Shown: positions 49,562 through 59,872, numbered from the stretch's first letter. The stretch: 64,000 nt of DNA from Bacteroidota bacterium (GCA_043728355.1 JAYTMQ010000055.1:16937-80936); one strand, 5' to 3'. Notes: generated by a model from the letters alone, not told the origin. A program made the numbers and translations.

Positions 49562-52024
49562 TTATTTTGATATTTTTTTTCTAATTATTCCATAATATTT
49601 TGACAAAATACTGCTCGGTTTATCGTCTTCGTGGTATCCATTAGAATAAGTTCCATAACCATAATCAAAACCATATCCATAGGCGTAACCATATTTTGCT
49701 TTATTTTCGAAGCCATTAAAAACGATACTGATATTATTCAATTCGCCACGTTTTTCGCGATTATTCAATAGTGTTATCATATCTTTTTTGGTGTAATTCT
49801 GACGAATTATATACAAAGTTACATCACAGTATTGTGCCAATTCAAGTGCATCGGCAACTAATCCAACTGGCGGAGTATCTAGAATTATATAATCATAGTT
49901 TTGTTTTAATTCTTTTATTAATTCGCCCATTGCCTCACTCATAATTAGCTCTGAAGGATTGGGTGGAATTGGTCCTGAAGAAATAAAATCTAAATACGGA
50001 ATTTGAGTTTTTTGCACAATTTCTGATAAACTTTTTTGTCCTATCAAATAATTTACTGCTCCAATATCATTTTTTACATTAAAATCTTCAAAAATCTTTG
50101 GTTTTCTTAAATCTAAACCTACAATTATTGTTTTTTTCTCACTTAAAGCAAATACGGTTGCAATATTTATAGAACAAAAAGATTTTCCTTCTCCTGAAAT
50201 TGTTGATGTCAACATCAAAGTTTTTGTACCATCAACGTTATTTTTCTTGTAAATAAATTGTAAAGAAGATCGAATTGCTCTAAAAGATTCTGATAAAGCC
50301 GATTTTGGTTTGTCATAAACCGCTAAGTTTGATTTTGTATTGTTTTTACCTATTACCCCTATTAAAGGTATGTTAGTCAAACGGCTTATATCCTCGACAT
50401 TTTGTACCGAATTATTTATGAAGAGTATTATAAAAATTAATAATAACGGAATAAGAATTCCTGCAAAAAAGGCAATTACATAATTGACATTTGTTTTTTG
50501 TCCAATAAGTCCACCGCCAATATCTTTGGCTTTATCTAGAAAACGGATATCTGATAAATTAGCTGCTTTTACTACTTCTGCCTCACTTTTTTTGGCTAAA
50601 AAATTACTGTAAATATTATCACTTAATGAATATTTTCTTTGTATTCTTGACAACTCTTGTTTATCCTGAGGTAATCTACTTATGTTAGATTCTGCTTCGT
50701 TTATTTTGCTATTAATCAAATTCAAATCATAGTTCATTGAATTTCTTAATGAATTAATATTTTCTAACAAAACATTTTTGATGGCATTCATTTCATTATC
50801 AAAATCTTCGAATAATTTTTCGTTTTTGACAGAATATGCCATTTGCGAACGAGCAATTGAAAGTGAGATTAGCTTTGAAACATTTGTTACAATATTTGGA
50901 TCGTCAATTCCGGCTACGATTGGAGCTGGTAATCTAGAAAAATCATCATTGTTTTTTAAATACGATTTTAATGAATTACAATAAACAATTTTACGCTCGA
51001 TTGCGTCTTTAGTTTCGTCAAATTTTTCTAATTGAGAATTAAAATTACTTCCACCTTGCTCTATTGCAATAATATTTTTACCTTGTTGAAAAGATTCTAA
51101 ATCATCATTAGATGCTTTTAATTGTTTCTCGGTTTCAATTAAAGTGCTATCTATAAATTTTATTGTATTTGTAGCAAATAAATTTTTTTTATCGAGTTCG
51201 TTTTTAATTAAAATATTAACTGTTGAATTCAGATAATCAACCATTCTTGGTTTATTTGTTCCCTCTAATCCAAGGGTTATTATTGAGCTACTTGAAGCAT
51301 CGGTAGAAATTTTTACGCCTCGATATTTAGATACTGTTCCGTCAAAATCTTTTAATTTTACAATATATTCTTCTCCAATGTAATTCTCTGGAAATGGGGT
51401 CAAATTTAATTTCCAATTTAAATAAGGTAATTGAACTTGTTGACCAATTCTAAAACTTTTAAAACATTTTTTTTCTTTAATAACTGTTTTTTCAAATTTG
51501 TTTTTAGAATAATTAAAAATCGAATTCGAACCTTCTTCAAAATTAATTTCAATTGAATATTCGGTTGCATTTAAAAATTTAATTTTAATATTCTTACCTA
51601 AAATTTGACCTTGAGTTTTGTCTAAATTTACTGTAAATGGTGTTTCTCCATAAACATCGATTTCAAAATATTTTCCTTGTTTTAAATATTCGATATAAAA
51701 TTGCATTTTATCAACAACTATCTCGGTATGTGTTCTTGATTTAAGCTTCATTATAATATTTTGAACTTGGTCAGAAGCACCGCCCCAATTAAAAACCAAA
51801 CTTGTATTGGCTGTAAAAAATGGATTGTTTTCTTCTTTTAGAGACAAAACAGAATTGATTTCATATATTTTTTGCTTGCGAATATTGATTTGATAGGCTA
51901 TTGTAAAAGCAATAATCAAACTCAAAACAAACATTTTCCAATAACTAGCTGTTTTTATCAAAAAGCCTTTAAGATCGAAAGTGTTTTGAGTTTCAAAAAA
52001 AGAAAAATCTTTGGTGTCGAGCAT
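49562..52024 (-). CDS. wzc: Second polysaccharide co-polymerase / BY-kinase
   Basis: SGEGKS, DLRKP, ILDTPP, Tyr cluster YGYAYGYGFDYGYGTY. Confidence 0.92.
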   Translation of the reverse strand: MLDTKDFSFFETQNTFDLKGFLIKTASYWKMFVLSLIIAFTIAYQINIRKQKIYEINSVLSLKEENNPFFTANTSLVFNWGGASDQVQNIIMKLKSRTHTEIVVDKMQFYIEYLKQGKYFEIDVYGETPFTVNLDKTQGQILGKNIKIKFLNATEYSIEINFEEGSNSIFNYSKNKFEKTVIKEKKCFKSFRIGQQVQLPYLNWKLNLTPFPENYIGEEYIVKLKDFDGTVSKYRGVKISTDASSSSIITLGLEGTNKPRMVDYLNSTVNILIKNELDKKNLFATNTIKFIDSTLIETEKQLKASNDDLESFQQGKNIIAIEQGGSNFNSQLEKFDETKDAIERKIVYCNSLKSYLKNNDDFSRLPAPIVAGIDDPNIVTNVSKLISLSIARSQMAYSVKNEKLFEDFDNEMNAIKNVLLENINSLRNSMNYDLNLINSKINEAESNISRLPQDKQELSRIQRKYSLSDNIYSNFLAKKSEAEVVKAANLSDIRFLDKAKDIGGGLIGQKTNVNYVIAFFAGILIPLLLIFIILFINNSVQNVEDISRLTNIPLIGVIGKNNTKSNLAVYDKPKSALSESFRAIRSSLQFIYKKNNVDGTKTLMLTSTISGEGKSFCSINIATVFALSEKKTIIVGLDLRKPKIFEDFNVKNDIGAVNYLIGQKSLSEIVQKTQIPYLDFISSGPIPPNPSELIMSEAMGELIKELKQNYDYIILDTPPVGLVADALELAQYCDVTLYIIRQNYTKKDMITLLNNREKRGELNNISIVFNGFENKAKYGYAYGYGFDYGYGTYSNGYHEDDKPSSILSKYYGIIRKKISK

Positions 52025-52036
52025 TTTCGAGTTATA

Positions 52037-52822
52037 TTATTTTTTTAGAAGTAAAAATGTTGTCGTGATTAGTGACAAAACAGTAATTATTGTTGTAAGT
52101 GATTCAATTCCGGTTTTGCCTGTTCCCCAAGTTTTTTGTTTGAGTGGTTTTACATAAATATAATCATTGGGCTGCAAATAATAATATGGAGATTTTGTAG
52201 CATTTATATCTGTTAAATCAATAGAATGAATTTCTGTACCTTGAGGAAATTGTCTAATTATTTGAACATCTTTTCTATTACCAGTTATAGTTATATCGCC
52301 AGAATTGGCGATTGCTTCTAGCAAATTTACTTTTTCTTGATATAAAGTTTTTGTTCCTGTCGCTCCAACTTCTCCGTTTATTGTATAGCGAAAACCCGCT
52401 AATTTTACATTTACAAAAAGGTTAGATTCTTTATTGAAATATTCTTTAAGTAATTTTTCTTCAATTTTTAAACGTATTTCATCGGCAGTAAATCCTAAAA
52501 CATTCATTTCGCCCAAAACAGGAATTCTAATATTGCCGTGGTCATCTATCGTAAAACCATCATAATACAAACCTTGTTCAGAATTTTGAGCAACTCCACC
52601 ATTAGAAATTGCAAAAATCTGACTTAATTTTGGATCCAAAGTCTTTATCGAAATGCTCAAAACATCATTAGTTTGCATTCGATATGGTTTTATGTTTACC
52701 AAATTAACATTTGAGCTTGTATCAGAATTGTTTTTATTTTGCAAATATATCAAGTCTTTGGTAGGCACACAAGATGACAATAATATCGCAAATAATAAAA
52801 AGTATATAGAAAGTTTGTTCAT
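52037..52822 (-). CDS. wza: Second polysaccharide export lipoprotein
   Basis: Lipobox LSSC, GNIRIPVLG, LLEAIANSGD, PNDYIYVKP. Confidence 0.9.
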   Translation of the reverse strand: MNKLSIYFLLFAILLSSCVPTKDLIYLQNKNNSDTSSNVNLVNIKPYRMQTNDVLSISIKTLDPKLSQIFAISNGGVAQNSEQGLYYDGFTIDDHGNIRIPVLGEMNVLGFTADEIRLKIEEKLLKEYFNKESNLFVNVKLAGFRYTINGEVGATGTKTLYQEKVNLLEAIANSGDITITGNRKDVQIIRQFPQGTEIHSIDLTDINATKSPYYYLQPNDYIYVKPLKQKTWGTGKTGIESLTTIITVLSLITTTFLLLKK

Positions 52823-52843
52823 CTCTAGTTATATTTTAGCAAA

Positions 52844-52851
52844 CAAATATA
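52844..52851 (-). promoter_or_regulatory. -7 element (TATATTTG) at the head of the capsule operon
   Basis: TAnnTTTG 21 bp upstream of the wza ATG. Confidence 0.55.
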
Positions 52852-52894
52852 GGTTTTTCATTTATATTTTAAAACTTATGAAAAAATTTAATAT

Positions 52895-53515
52895 TTAATT
52901 GTTATTAAATGCATTTTCGAAAGGAACTCTATGCAAAATACTTCGTCCTAGCGTTATTTCATCAGCATATTCTAATTCGTCTCCAACAGAAATTCCTCGA
53001 GCAATTGTCGAAGTTATAATATTGCAATCTTGAATTTGTTTGTAAATGTAAAAATTGGTCGTATCGCCTTCCATTGTTGAGCTCAGGGCAAATATTAATT
53101 CTCGTACATTGCCTAATTTTATTTTATCAACCAACGAAATAATTTTTAACTGACTTGGTCCAACGCCATCAATCGGAGAAATTTTGCCACCCAAAACGTG
53201 ATAAATTCCTCGGAATTGTCCAGTATTTTCAATTGCCATGACATCGCGTATATCTTCTACAACACATATTAATTGATGATCTCGTTTAATATTTGAGCAA
53301 ATTTCGCAAATTTCTACATCAGAAATGTTGTGACAACTCTCGCAAAACTTGACATCTTCTCGCATATTTATTAAAGCCTGACTCAAAAAAACGGTTTGTT
53401 CTTTGGGCTGTTTTAGTAAATGCAAAACTAATCTCAATGCTGTTCGTTTGCCAATTCCAGGCAATTGAGACATTTCATTTACAGCTTTTTCTAATAATTT
53501 AGATGAAAATTCCAT
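52895..53515 (-). CDS. recR: Recombination mediator RecR
   Basis: [14 protein letters not shown]......C.IC zinc finger, Toprim VVED, EGDTT, EYAD. Confidence 0.97.
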   Translation of the reverse strand: MEFSSKLLEKAVNEMSQLPGIGKRTALRLVLHLLKQPKEQTVFLSQALINMREDVKFCESCHNISDVEICEICSNIKRDHQLICVVEDIRDVMAIENTGQFRGIYHVLGGKISPIDGVGPSQLKIISLVDKIKLGNVRELIFALSSTMEGDTTNFYIYKQIQDCNIITSTIARGISVGDELEYADEITLGRSILHRVPFENAFNNN

Positions 53516-53693
53516 TTTGCAAAAGTAATTAAAAAGTTTTAAGTAGAAAGATGGATGATGGAAGTTTAAAATTTTTTCAAAATTGTTTTATCTTGTTTCC
53601 TCTTGATTCAATCTTCCTGATTTAATTTTTTTTAACTTAAAACTTCAATCTCCAAACTTTTTTCTATTTTAGCATTCTATTAAAAACAAAAAA

Positions 53694-55226
53694 ATGACTC
53701 CATTTGCAATTCTTTTATTAATTACTATTTATTTCGGATTACTTTTTATGATTTCTTATGTTGTAAGTGGAAAAGATTCTGGTAACGAAGCCTTTTTTAA
53801 AGCCAATAAAAATTCAAAATGGTATTTGGTTGCTTTCGGAATGATTGGAACGGCGCTATCAGGTGTGACTTTTATTTCAGTTCCTGGCGAAGTTGGAAAT
53901 CCTGAAACACAATTCAAATATTTTCAATTTGTAATCGGAAATGCTATTGGATTCATTGTTATTGCAACTGTTCTATTACCGTTGTATTATCGAATGAATT
54001 TAACTTCGATATACAGTTATATTGAGCAAAGATTAGGTACAATTAGTTATAAAACTGCTGCCACAATTTTCTTGATTAGTCGAACAATTGGTTCATCATT
54101 TAGATTGTATTTGGTTGTAATAGTTTTACAACGCTATGTTTTTGATTTTTATAATATTCCGTTTGCATTAACCGTTTTTGCATCGTTGGCATTAATTTTT
54201 GCATATACTTATCGAGGTGGATTAAAAACCATTATTATCACTGATACTTTACAGACATTTTTCTTAGTTACATCCGTTTTTATGACTATTTATTTTATTT
54301 GCAACAGCTTGAATCTAAATGTTATTGATGCATTTGAAACGGTTAAAAACAGCAATTATTCCAAAATATTTTTCTTTGAAGATTATTTAAAAGGAACCTA
54401 TTTTTGGAAACAAATTCTTGGTGGAATGTTCGTAACTATAGCAATGGTAGGACTAGATCAAGATTTAATGCAGAAAAACCTATCTTGCAAAAACATTGGC
54501 GAAGCACAAAAAAATATGTTCACATTTACAGGGATTTTCATTATTATTAATATTTTCTTTTTAAGCGTTGGCGCACTCCTTTATATATACGCCGAAAAAA
54601 ACAACATTTCAATTCCATTAGATTTAGTAACTGGCAAACCAAGAACCGATTTATTATTTCCTGAAATCGCATTCAATCATTTGACATTAATACCAGCGGT
54701 TGTGTTTCTTTTAGGATTAACCGCAGCGACATTTGCCACAACCGATTCGGCTTTGACAGCCTTAACAACCTCTTTTTGTGTAGATTTTCTTGGAATGGAT
54801 AAAAAAGAAAACAATTTCAATGACAATATCAATGACAATTTCAATATCCAAAAAAAAATGGTTCGAACCAGACATTTTGTTCATATTGCATTTTCAGCAC
54901 TTATGTTTTTAGTAATAATTATATTCAATGCTATAAATGATGCATCTGTGGTAAGTATGATTTTCAAGATTGCTTCCTATACTTATGGACCACTGCTAGG
55001 ACTTTACGCTTTTGGATTATTTATGAAAAAACTAACTGTACACGATAAGTTTGTGCCAGTTGTTTGTATTATTTCTCCAGCAATTTGTTTTTTAATTAGC
55101 AAAAATGCTGCGCTAATTTTTGGCGATTATGTTCTTGATGCGGAGTTGATAATAATAAATGGAATAATTACTTTTTTAGGATTGTTGATAATCAGCAAAA
55201 AAGCTGAAAATCAAACCAAATTTTAA
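53694..55226 (+). CDS. Sodium:solute symporter (SSS) family transporter
   Basis: About 13 TMs; SGVTFISVPG, Y.YIEQR.G, GGLKTIIITD.LQ, DQDLMQK, DSAL. Confidence 0.9.
   Translation: MTPFAILLLITIYFGLLFMISYVVSGKDSGNEAFFKANKNSKWYLVAFGMIGTALSGVTFISVPGEVGNPETQFKYFQFVIGNAIGFIVIATVLLPLYYRMNLTSIYSYIEQRLGTISYKTAATIFLISRTIGSSFRLYLVVIVLQRYVFDFYNIPFALTVFASLALIFAYTYRGGLKTIIITDTLQTFFLVTSVFMTIYFICNSLNLNVIDAFETVKNSNYSKIFFFEDYLKGTYFWKQILGGMFVTIAMVGLDQDLMQKNLSCKNIGEAQKNMFTFTGIFIIINIFFLSVGALLYIYAEKNNISIPLDLVTGKPRTDLLFPEIAFNHLTLIPAVVFLLGLTAATFATTDSALTALTTSFCVDFLGMDKKENNFNDNINDNFNIQKKMVRTRHFVHIAFSALMFLVIIIFNAINDASVVSMIFKIASYTYGPLLGLYAFGLFMKKLTVHDKFVPVVCIISPAICFLISKNAALIFGDYVLDAELIIINGIITFLGLLIISKKAENQTKF
54812..54847 (+). 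repeat. Six CAATnn hexamers in frame within the SSS gene
   Basis: caattt caatga caatat caatga caattt caatat, encoding NFNDNINDNFNI. Confidence 0.8.
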
Positions 55227-55263
55227 ACCTTTCCCCAACCCTCTTCAAAGGAGACGTAGAGGA

Positions 55264-55629
55264 TTAATACTGATTCGTTGCCAATAAAACCAAAGTACAA
55301 GCAATTTCAACTTTAATTCCGTTCAACTCTAATAATTGATAAAACTCAGGATTTTCTGTTCCAGGATTAAAAATTACTCGTTTCGGCTGTGCCTCGACTA
55401 TATAATTGTAGTAATCTTTTTGACGATTAGCGTTTAAATATAATGTTACTGTATTTACTTTCGACAACGGAATTGCTTTGGTATAAATTTTAACACCTGC
55501 AACTTCGCCAGTATTTTGACCAATAGCCAAAACAGAGTGACCGTTTTCGATTAATTTAGTAATTGCTTTATACGAATATCTATCTGGTTTTGTCGATGCA
55601 CCAAGCACTAATGTCTTTTTATTTTTCAT
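55264..55629 (-). CDS. CoA-binding protein (YccU-like)
   Basis: VLGAS.KPDRYS, IFNPGTEN, ACTLV. Start taken at MKNKK. Confidence 0.88.
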   Translation of the reverse strand: MKNKKTLVLGASTKPDRYSYKAITKLIENGHSVLAIGQNTGEVAGVKIYTKAIPLSKVNTVTLYLNANRQKDYYNYIVEAQPKRVIFNPGTENPEFYQLLELNGIKVEIACTLVLLATNQY

Positions 55630-55734
55630 AACCGCAAAATTACAAAAAAATATTTGCCGCAAAGGCACAAAACCGCAAAGATTTATTGTTTAATTAAAGT
55701 TTAAAAATATAACTTTGCAGAAAAATACTTCTTA

Positions 55735-56361
55735 ATGGAAATTTTCATCTATCTCTTTTTCGCACTATTTTCGGTTTTGAACCCAATCGGAACCGTTCCA
55801 ATTTTCGTCGGATTGACCCAAGATTATAATGTAAAAGAACGCGCAAATGTTTCACTTTGGACATCAATTGACGTTTTTATTATCTTGATAGTATCGTTTT
55901 TTGTAGGCAAATATGTTTTAGATTTCTTTGGAATAACTATAAATGCCTTGAGAATTTCTGGTGGATTAATCATCGCAACATCAGGATTCACATTACTTAA
56001 CGGAAAATTCAATAAGGAGCGAGGCATCAACAAAAAAGTCGAACAAGACATTCAAGAACGCAACGACATTTCACTCACACCACTCGCCATTCCTATGTTG
56101 GCTGGACCAGGTTCTATCTCACTTTTAATTGCTTATTATCAAGAACATCACGAAACTTCACTCGAAATTTTATCGTCAACTTTGGCAATATTGGCGGTTT
56201 CAATTCTAATTTTTATCATTTTAAGAAGCGCACATTATCTAGCCAAAATTCTTGGTTCTTCAGGAATTGTTGCCATTTCAAGAATTGTTGGTTTTCTGAC
56301 CATAGCCATTGGTGTTCAATACATTATCAGTTCTGTTTTAAGTATTATTCGAGGCATCTAA
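55735..56361 (+). CDS. MarC family membrane protein
   Basis: NPIG..P.F, FFGI, ISGG, PLAIPMLAGPG, RIVG. Confidence 0.92.
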   Translation: MEIFIYLFFALFSVLNPIGTVPIFVGLTQDYNVKERANVSLWTSIDVFIILIVSFFVGKYVLDFFGITINALRISGGLIIATSGFTLLNGKFNKERGINKKVEQDIQERNDISLTPLAIPMLAGPGSISLLIAYYQEHHETSLEILSSTLAILAVSILIFIILRSAHYLAKILGSSGIVAISRIVGFLTIAIGVQYIISSVLSIIRGI

Positions 56362-56370
56362 AATATTTTT

Positions 56371-56485
56371 CAGGAGCCAATCCTGCTTTCATTCCAATCT
56401 TTTTTTCTATTTCTCAATTGCCACGCCTTTAAAGGCGTGGCAATTGAGAAATAGAAAAAAAGGATTTTCCCTTCAATCAGGGCTA
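56371..56485 (+). repeat. Flavo-1-like structured repeat variant with a 64-bp perfect central palindrome (56399-56462)
   Basis: Flanks GCTTTCATTCCAATCTTTTT and AAAAAAGGATTTTCCCTTCAATC match the element at 63373-63471 in opposite orientation. Confidence 0.75.
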
Positions 56486-56609
56486 AAAAAAATCTAGTTT
56501 CAATCGAAAATTCTCATTAATTTTTAGTAATTTTATTAAAATTTAGAATTAATAAATTTTCTAGAATTAAAATCTGTGAAATCTATGTCAAATATTAAAA
56601 TTATCTGAG

Positions 56610-58040
56610 ATGAAAATCCTCCTCACAGGCGCAAATGGATATGTTGGTCGTAGACTTCTACCCGAATTACTCGAACAAGGTCACGAAATAGTTTGTTGCG
56701 TTCGCGATCAATTGCGATTGGGTTTAGACAAACAAACATTAGCTAGAATAACCATTTGGGAAGTCGATTTCTTAAAAGATCCAACACTAGAAAATTATCC
56801 AAAAAATATTGATGTTGCTTATTTTCTAATTCATTCAATGTCAAATTCGACCAAAACATTTGATATTATGGAATCGTTAGCAGCCAATAATTTCAATGTA
56901 TATATGGATAAAATGAAAGTCAATCAAGTCATATATTTGTCTGGAATTGTCAACGACCCAAATTTGTCTAAACACATGCAATCTCGCAGTAATGTCGAAC
57001 AAATTTTATTAAAAGGCAATTACAACACAACCGTTCTTCGAGCAGGAATTATTGTTGGATCAGGAAGTTCATCATTCGAAATTATTCGAGATTTATGCGA
57101 AAAATTACCTATAATGATTACGCCTAAATGGGTTTTAACCAAGTCGCAACCCATTGCAATTCGCGACGTAATTCATTATTTAACAGGAGTTATTAATCGA
57201 GAAGATTGTTACAACCAATCGTTTGATATTGGTGGCCCAAACATAATTACCTATAAACAAATGATGCAATTATATGCCAAAACACGTGGCATAAAACTAT
57301 CAATTTTTACAATCCCAATTTTTACGCCAAAATTATCTTCTTATTGGTTGTATTTTGTTACCTCAACAAGTTACAAACTAGCAGCAAACCTAGTCGATTC
57401 TATGAAAATGGAAGTTGTTTGTGCAGATAATCGTTTACAAAAAATGTTAGAAATTCATCCAATTTCTTATGTTGATGCTATAAAACTAGCTTTCAAAAAA
57501 ATCGAACAAAACCTTGTTATTTCGAGTTGGAAAGACAGTTTGGCAAGCTCTAGGTTCAAAGAAAATTTATCGAGTTACGTTCAAGTTCCTACTTTTGGTT
57601 GTTTGAAAGATGTCAAGAAAATAAAAATATTAAATTCTGCACAAGTTCTTGATAACATTTGGTCAATTGGTGGCGAGAAAGGCTGGTATTATGCAACTTG
57701 GCTTTGGAAATTGCGTGGTTTTTTTGACAAAATTTTTGGTGGCGTCGGAATGCGTCGTGGCCGAACCAGCACAACACACCTTGATAATGGAGATGCACTT
57801 GATTTTTGGCGGGTTTTGTTGGCCAATCGTGACGAAAAACGACTTTTATTATTTGCCGAAATGCGAGTTCCAGGCGAAGCTTGGCTAGAATTTCGAATAG
57901 ATGAGAATAATTTTTTACATCAAATTGCAACTTTTCGCCCACGAGGAATTGCTGGCAGATTGTATTGGTATGCAATGGTTCCGTTTCACTTTTTTATTTT
58001 CGATGGAATGATAAAACGAATTGCTCGAAATAAAAATTGA
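56610..58040 (+). CDS. NAD(P)-binding SDR protein with C-terminal DUF2867 (YbjT-like)
   Basis: TGANGYVG, YFLIHSM, RAGIIVGSGS.SFE, QPIAIRDV, IGGEKGWY, AEMRVPGEAWLEF. Confidence 0.88.
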   Translation: MKILLTGANGYVGRRLLPELLEQGHEIVCCVRDQLRLGLDKQTLARITIWEVDFLKDPTLENYPKNIDVAYFLIHSMSNSTKTFDIMESLAANNFNVYMDKMKVNQVIYLSGIVNDPNLSKHMQSRSNVEQILLKGNYNTTVLRAGIIVGSGSSSFEIIRDLCEKLPIMITPKWVLTKSQPIAIRDVIHYLTGVINREDCYNQSFDIGGPNIITYKQMMQLYAKTRGIKLSIFTIPIFTPKLSSYWLYFVTSTSYKLAANLVDSMKMEVVCADNRLQKMLEIHPISYVDAIKLAFKKIEQNLVISSWKDSLASSRFKENLSSYVQVPTFGCLKDVKKIKILNSAQVLDNIWSIGGEKGWYYATWLWKLRGFFDKIFGGVGMRRGRTSTTHLDNGDALDFWRVLLANRDEKRLLLFAEMRVPGEAWLEFRIDENNFLHQIATFRPRGIAGRLYWYAMVPFHFFIFDGMIKRIARNKN

Positions 58041-58111
58041 ATAAATTTTTTGGTTCTTTCCTGAATATTGTTGATTTTTGAAAATCAATAATTTATAGAA
58101 ACTAAAATTTT

Positions 58112-58187
58112 TTTTGTCATTTCGACGAAGGAGAAATCTCATAACGTGAGCAAAAAATGTGATTTCTCCTTCGTCGAAATGACAAAA
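58112..58187. repeat. REP-like palindrome of the GTCATTTCGAC...GTCGAAATGAC type with 27-bp perfect arms; may terminate the SDR gene
   Basis: TTTTGTCATTTCGACGAAGGAGAAATC at 58112-58138 and its exact reverse complement at 58161-58187. Confidence 0.85.
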
Positions 58188-58258
58188 TACTAACAAATTA
58201 AAAATGTCTAAGTTATTCAGAACACAACCAATTTATCTATTCATTGCATTTATAAAAA

Positions 58259-58432
58259 AATACCTTGCTAAAAGTAGTCAAAAAACATACTTTTAGCAGG
58301 GTATTAATATTTATAAATCAAAAAAAATAAAAATTATTCCTCACTAAATTTATATAAAAAATAGTACTTTTAGCGAAGTATATAAAAATACTTTGCTAAA
58401 TCATATAAAAAAAGTATATTTGTAGTGAAGTA
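58259..58432. repeat. Three related 43-44 bp inverted repeats (TACYTYGCTAAA-N19/20-TTTAGCRARGTA) upstream of ATPase-3
   Basis: Copies at 58261-58303, 58337-58380 and 58389-58432. Confidence 0.85.
58392..58422 (+). promoter_or_regulatory. Complete Bacteroidota promoter TTTG-N19-TATATTTG for ATPase-3, embedded in the third palindrome
   Basis: TTTG at 58392-58395 and TATATTTG at 58415-58422, 19 bp apart. Confidence 0.75.
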
Positions 58433-58445
58433 TAATTTTATAAAA

Positions 58446-59864
58446 ATGGTAGCTCGAGAAAAAGAAAGAAAACAGTTTGACGATTTTGTAAAAGCCAAAG
58501 TATCAGATTTTGTTGTGGTTTATGGACGTCGTCGTGTTGGCAAAACCTATTTAATTCGAGAACATTTCAAACAACAATTTTCATTTTATACTGCAGGTTT
58601 AGCCAACTCGTCTACACAAAAACAATTGGTAAATTTTTATAGCAGTTTACAAGAATACAATACAGAAAATATTGAAATCGAAATTCCTAAAAATTGGTTC
58701 GAAGCTTTTCAATCTTTGCGTAAAATATTGACTAAAAATAAATCTAAAAAGAAAGTCATTTTTATAGATGAATTGCCTTGGTTTGACACCCAAAAATCAT
58801 CTTTTTTATCGGCAATAGAACATTTCTGGAACAGTTGGGCATCTGCCAGAAAAGATATTTTATTGATAACTTGTGGTTCGTCAGCTTCGTGGATGATTAA
58901 CAAATTGATAAACAATACAGGCGGTTTACACGATCGAGTGACTCAAAAAATGAAAATTGTTCCATTCACGCTTTCAGAATGCGAACTTTATTTAAAATGG
59001 AAAAAAATCAATTTTAGTCGCTATCAAATTGTTGAAATGTACAGTGTTTTGGGTGGAATTCCTTATTACTTAAATGGTCTTGAAAAAGGTTTAAGCGTTA
59101 GCCAAAACATCAATAAAATGTGTTTCAACGACGATGGAATGATGGTTAATGAATTCCAAAACTTATATGCATCATTATTCAAAAATTCAGAAACGCACGT
59201 CGAAATTATTACAGCATTGGCAAAAAAATCAAAAGGATTGACTCGAAATGACATTATTTCGACAGCAAAAATTCCAAATGGCGGCGGAACAACAAAAGTT
59301 TTAAACGAATTGGTCGAATGCGGATTTGCACGTCGTTATTATCAATTTGATAAAAAAAATAAAGATTGTATTTATCAATTAACCGATTTTTATTCATTGT
59401 TTTATTTGAAATTCATCAAAGACAATAAAAATGCAGTTAAAGATTTTTGGATAAATGCAATCGATAACCCAATGCGAAGAAGTTGGTCTGGATATGCTTT
59501 TGAACAAGTTTGCTTGATGCATTTGCCAGAAATTAAAACAAAATTAGGCATAAGCGGCATTATGACTTCTGAAGCTTCATGGCGCAGTTCAGATTCAGAA
59601 AACGGCGCACAAATAGATTTATTGATTGATCGTCGTGACCAAGTTATTAATTTATGTGAAATGAAATTTTCTATCAACGAATTTAAAATTGATAAAAAAT
59701 ACGAAATGGAATTGCGGAACAAAATTGGCACTTTTAGAAGCGAAACAAAAACTAGAAAAGCAGTTTTCTTGACAATGATAACCACTTTTGGAGTAAAACA
59801 GAATGAATATTATGGCGATTTGGTTCAAAATGAAATCAATATGAATGATTTATTTAAAAATTGA
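58446..59864 (+). CDS. Archaeal-ATPase-like (ATPase_2) AAA protein with wHTH and PD-(D/E)xK C-terminus; ATPase-3
   Basis: GRRRVGKT, IFIDELPW, CGS, GGIPYYL, HTH LTRNDII..AKIPNGGGTTKVLNEL, FEQVC, QIDLLID...LCEMKFS. The ATG at 58446 is preferred because the GTG at 58425 lies only 2 bp after the -7 box. Confidence 0.88.
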   Translation: MVAREKERKQFDDFVKAKVSDFVVVYGRRRVGKTYLIREHFKQQFSFYTAGLANSSTQKQLVNFYSSLQEYNTENIEIEIPKNWFEAFQSLRKILTKNKSKKKVIFIDELPWFDTQKSSFLSAIEHFWNSWASARKDILLITCGSSASWMINKLINNTGGLHDRVTQKMKIVPFTLSECELYLKWKKINFSRYQIVEMYSVLGGIPYYLNGLEKGLSVSQNINKMCFNDDGMMVNEFQNLYASLFKNSETHVEIITALAKKSKGLTRNDIISTAKIPNGGGTTKVLNELVECGFARRYYQFDKKNKDCIYQLTDFYSLFYLKFIKDNKNAVKDFWINAIDNPMRRSWSGYAFEQVCLMHLPEIKTKLGISGIMTSEASWRSSDSENGAQIDLLIDRRDQVINLCEMKFSINEFKIDKKYEMELRNKIGTFRSETKTRKAVFLTMITTFGVKQNEYYGDLVQNEINMNDLFKN

Positions 59865-59872
59865 TTTGAAAT

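Noticed and set aside
52823-52894. Invertible promoter or UpxY/ops antitermination control of the capsule operon
   Set aside because: No convincing inverted repeats flank the promoter, and no recombinase or NusG-paralogue gene is present.
58425-58445. GTG start for ATPase-3 given in the ORF track
   Set aside because: It lies 2 bp after the -7 box inside the operator palindrome. The ATG at 58446, preceded by an A-rich leader, is more plausible.
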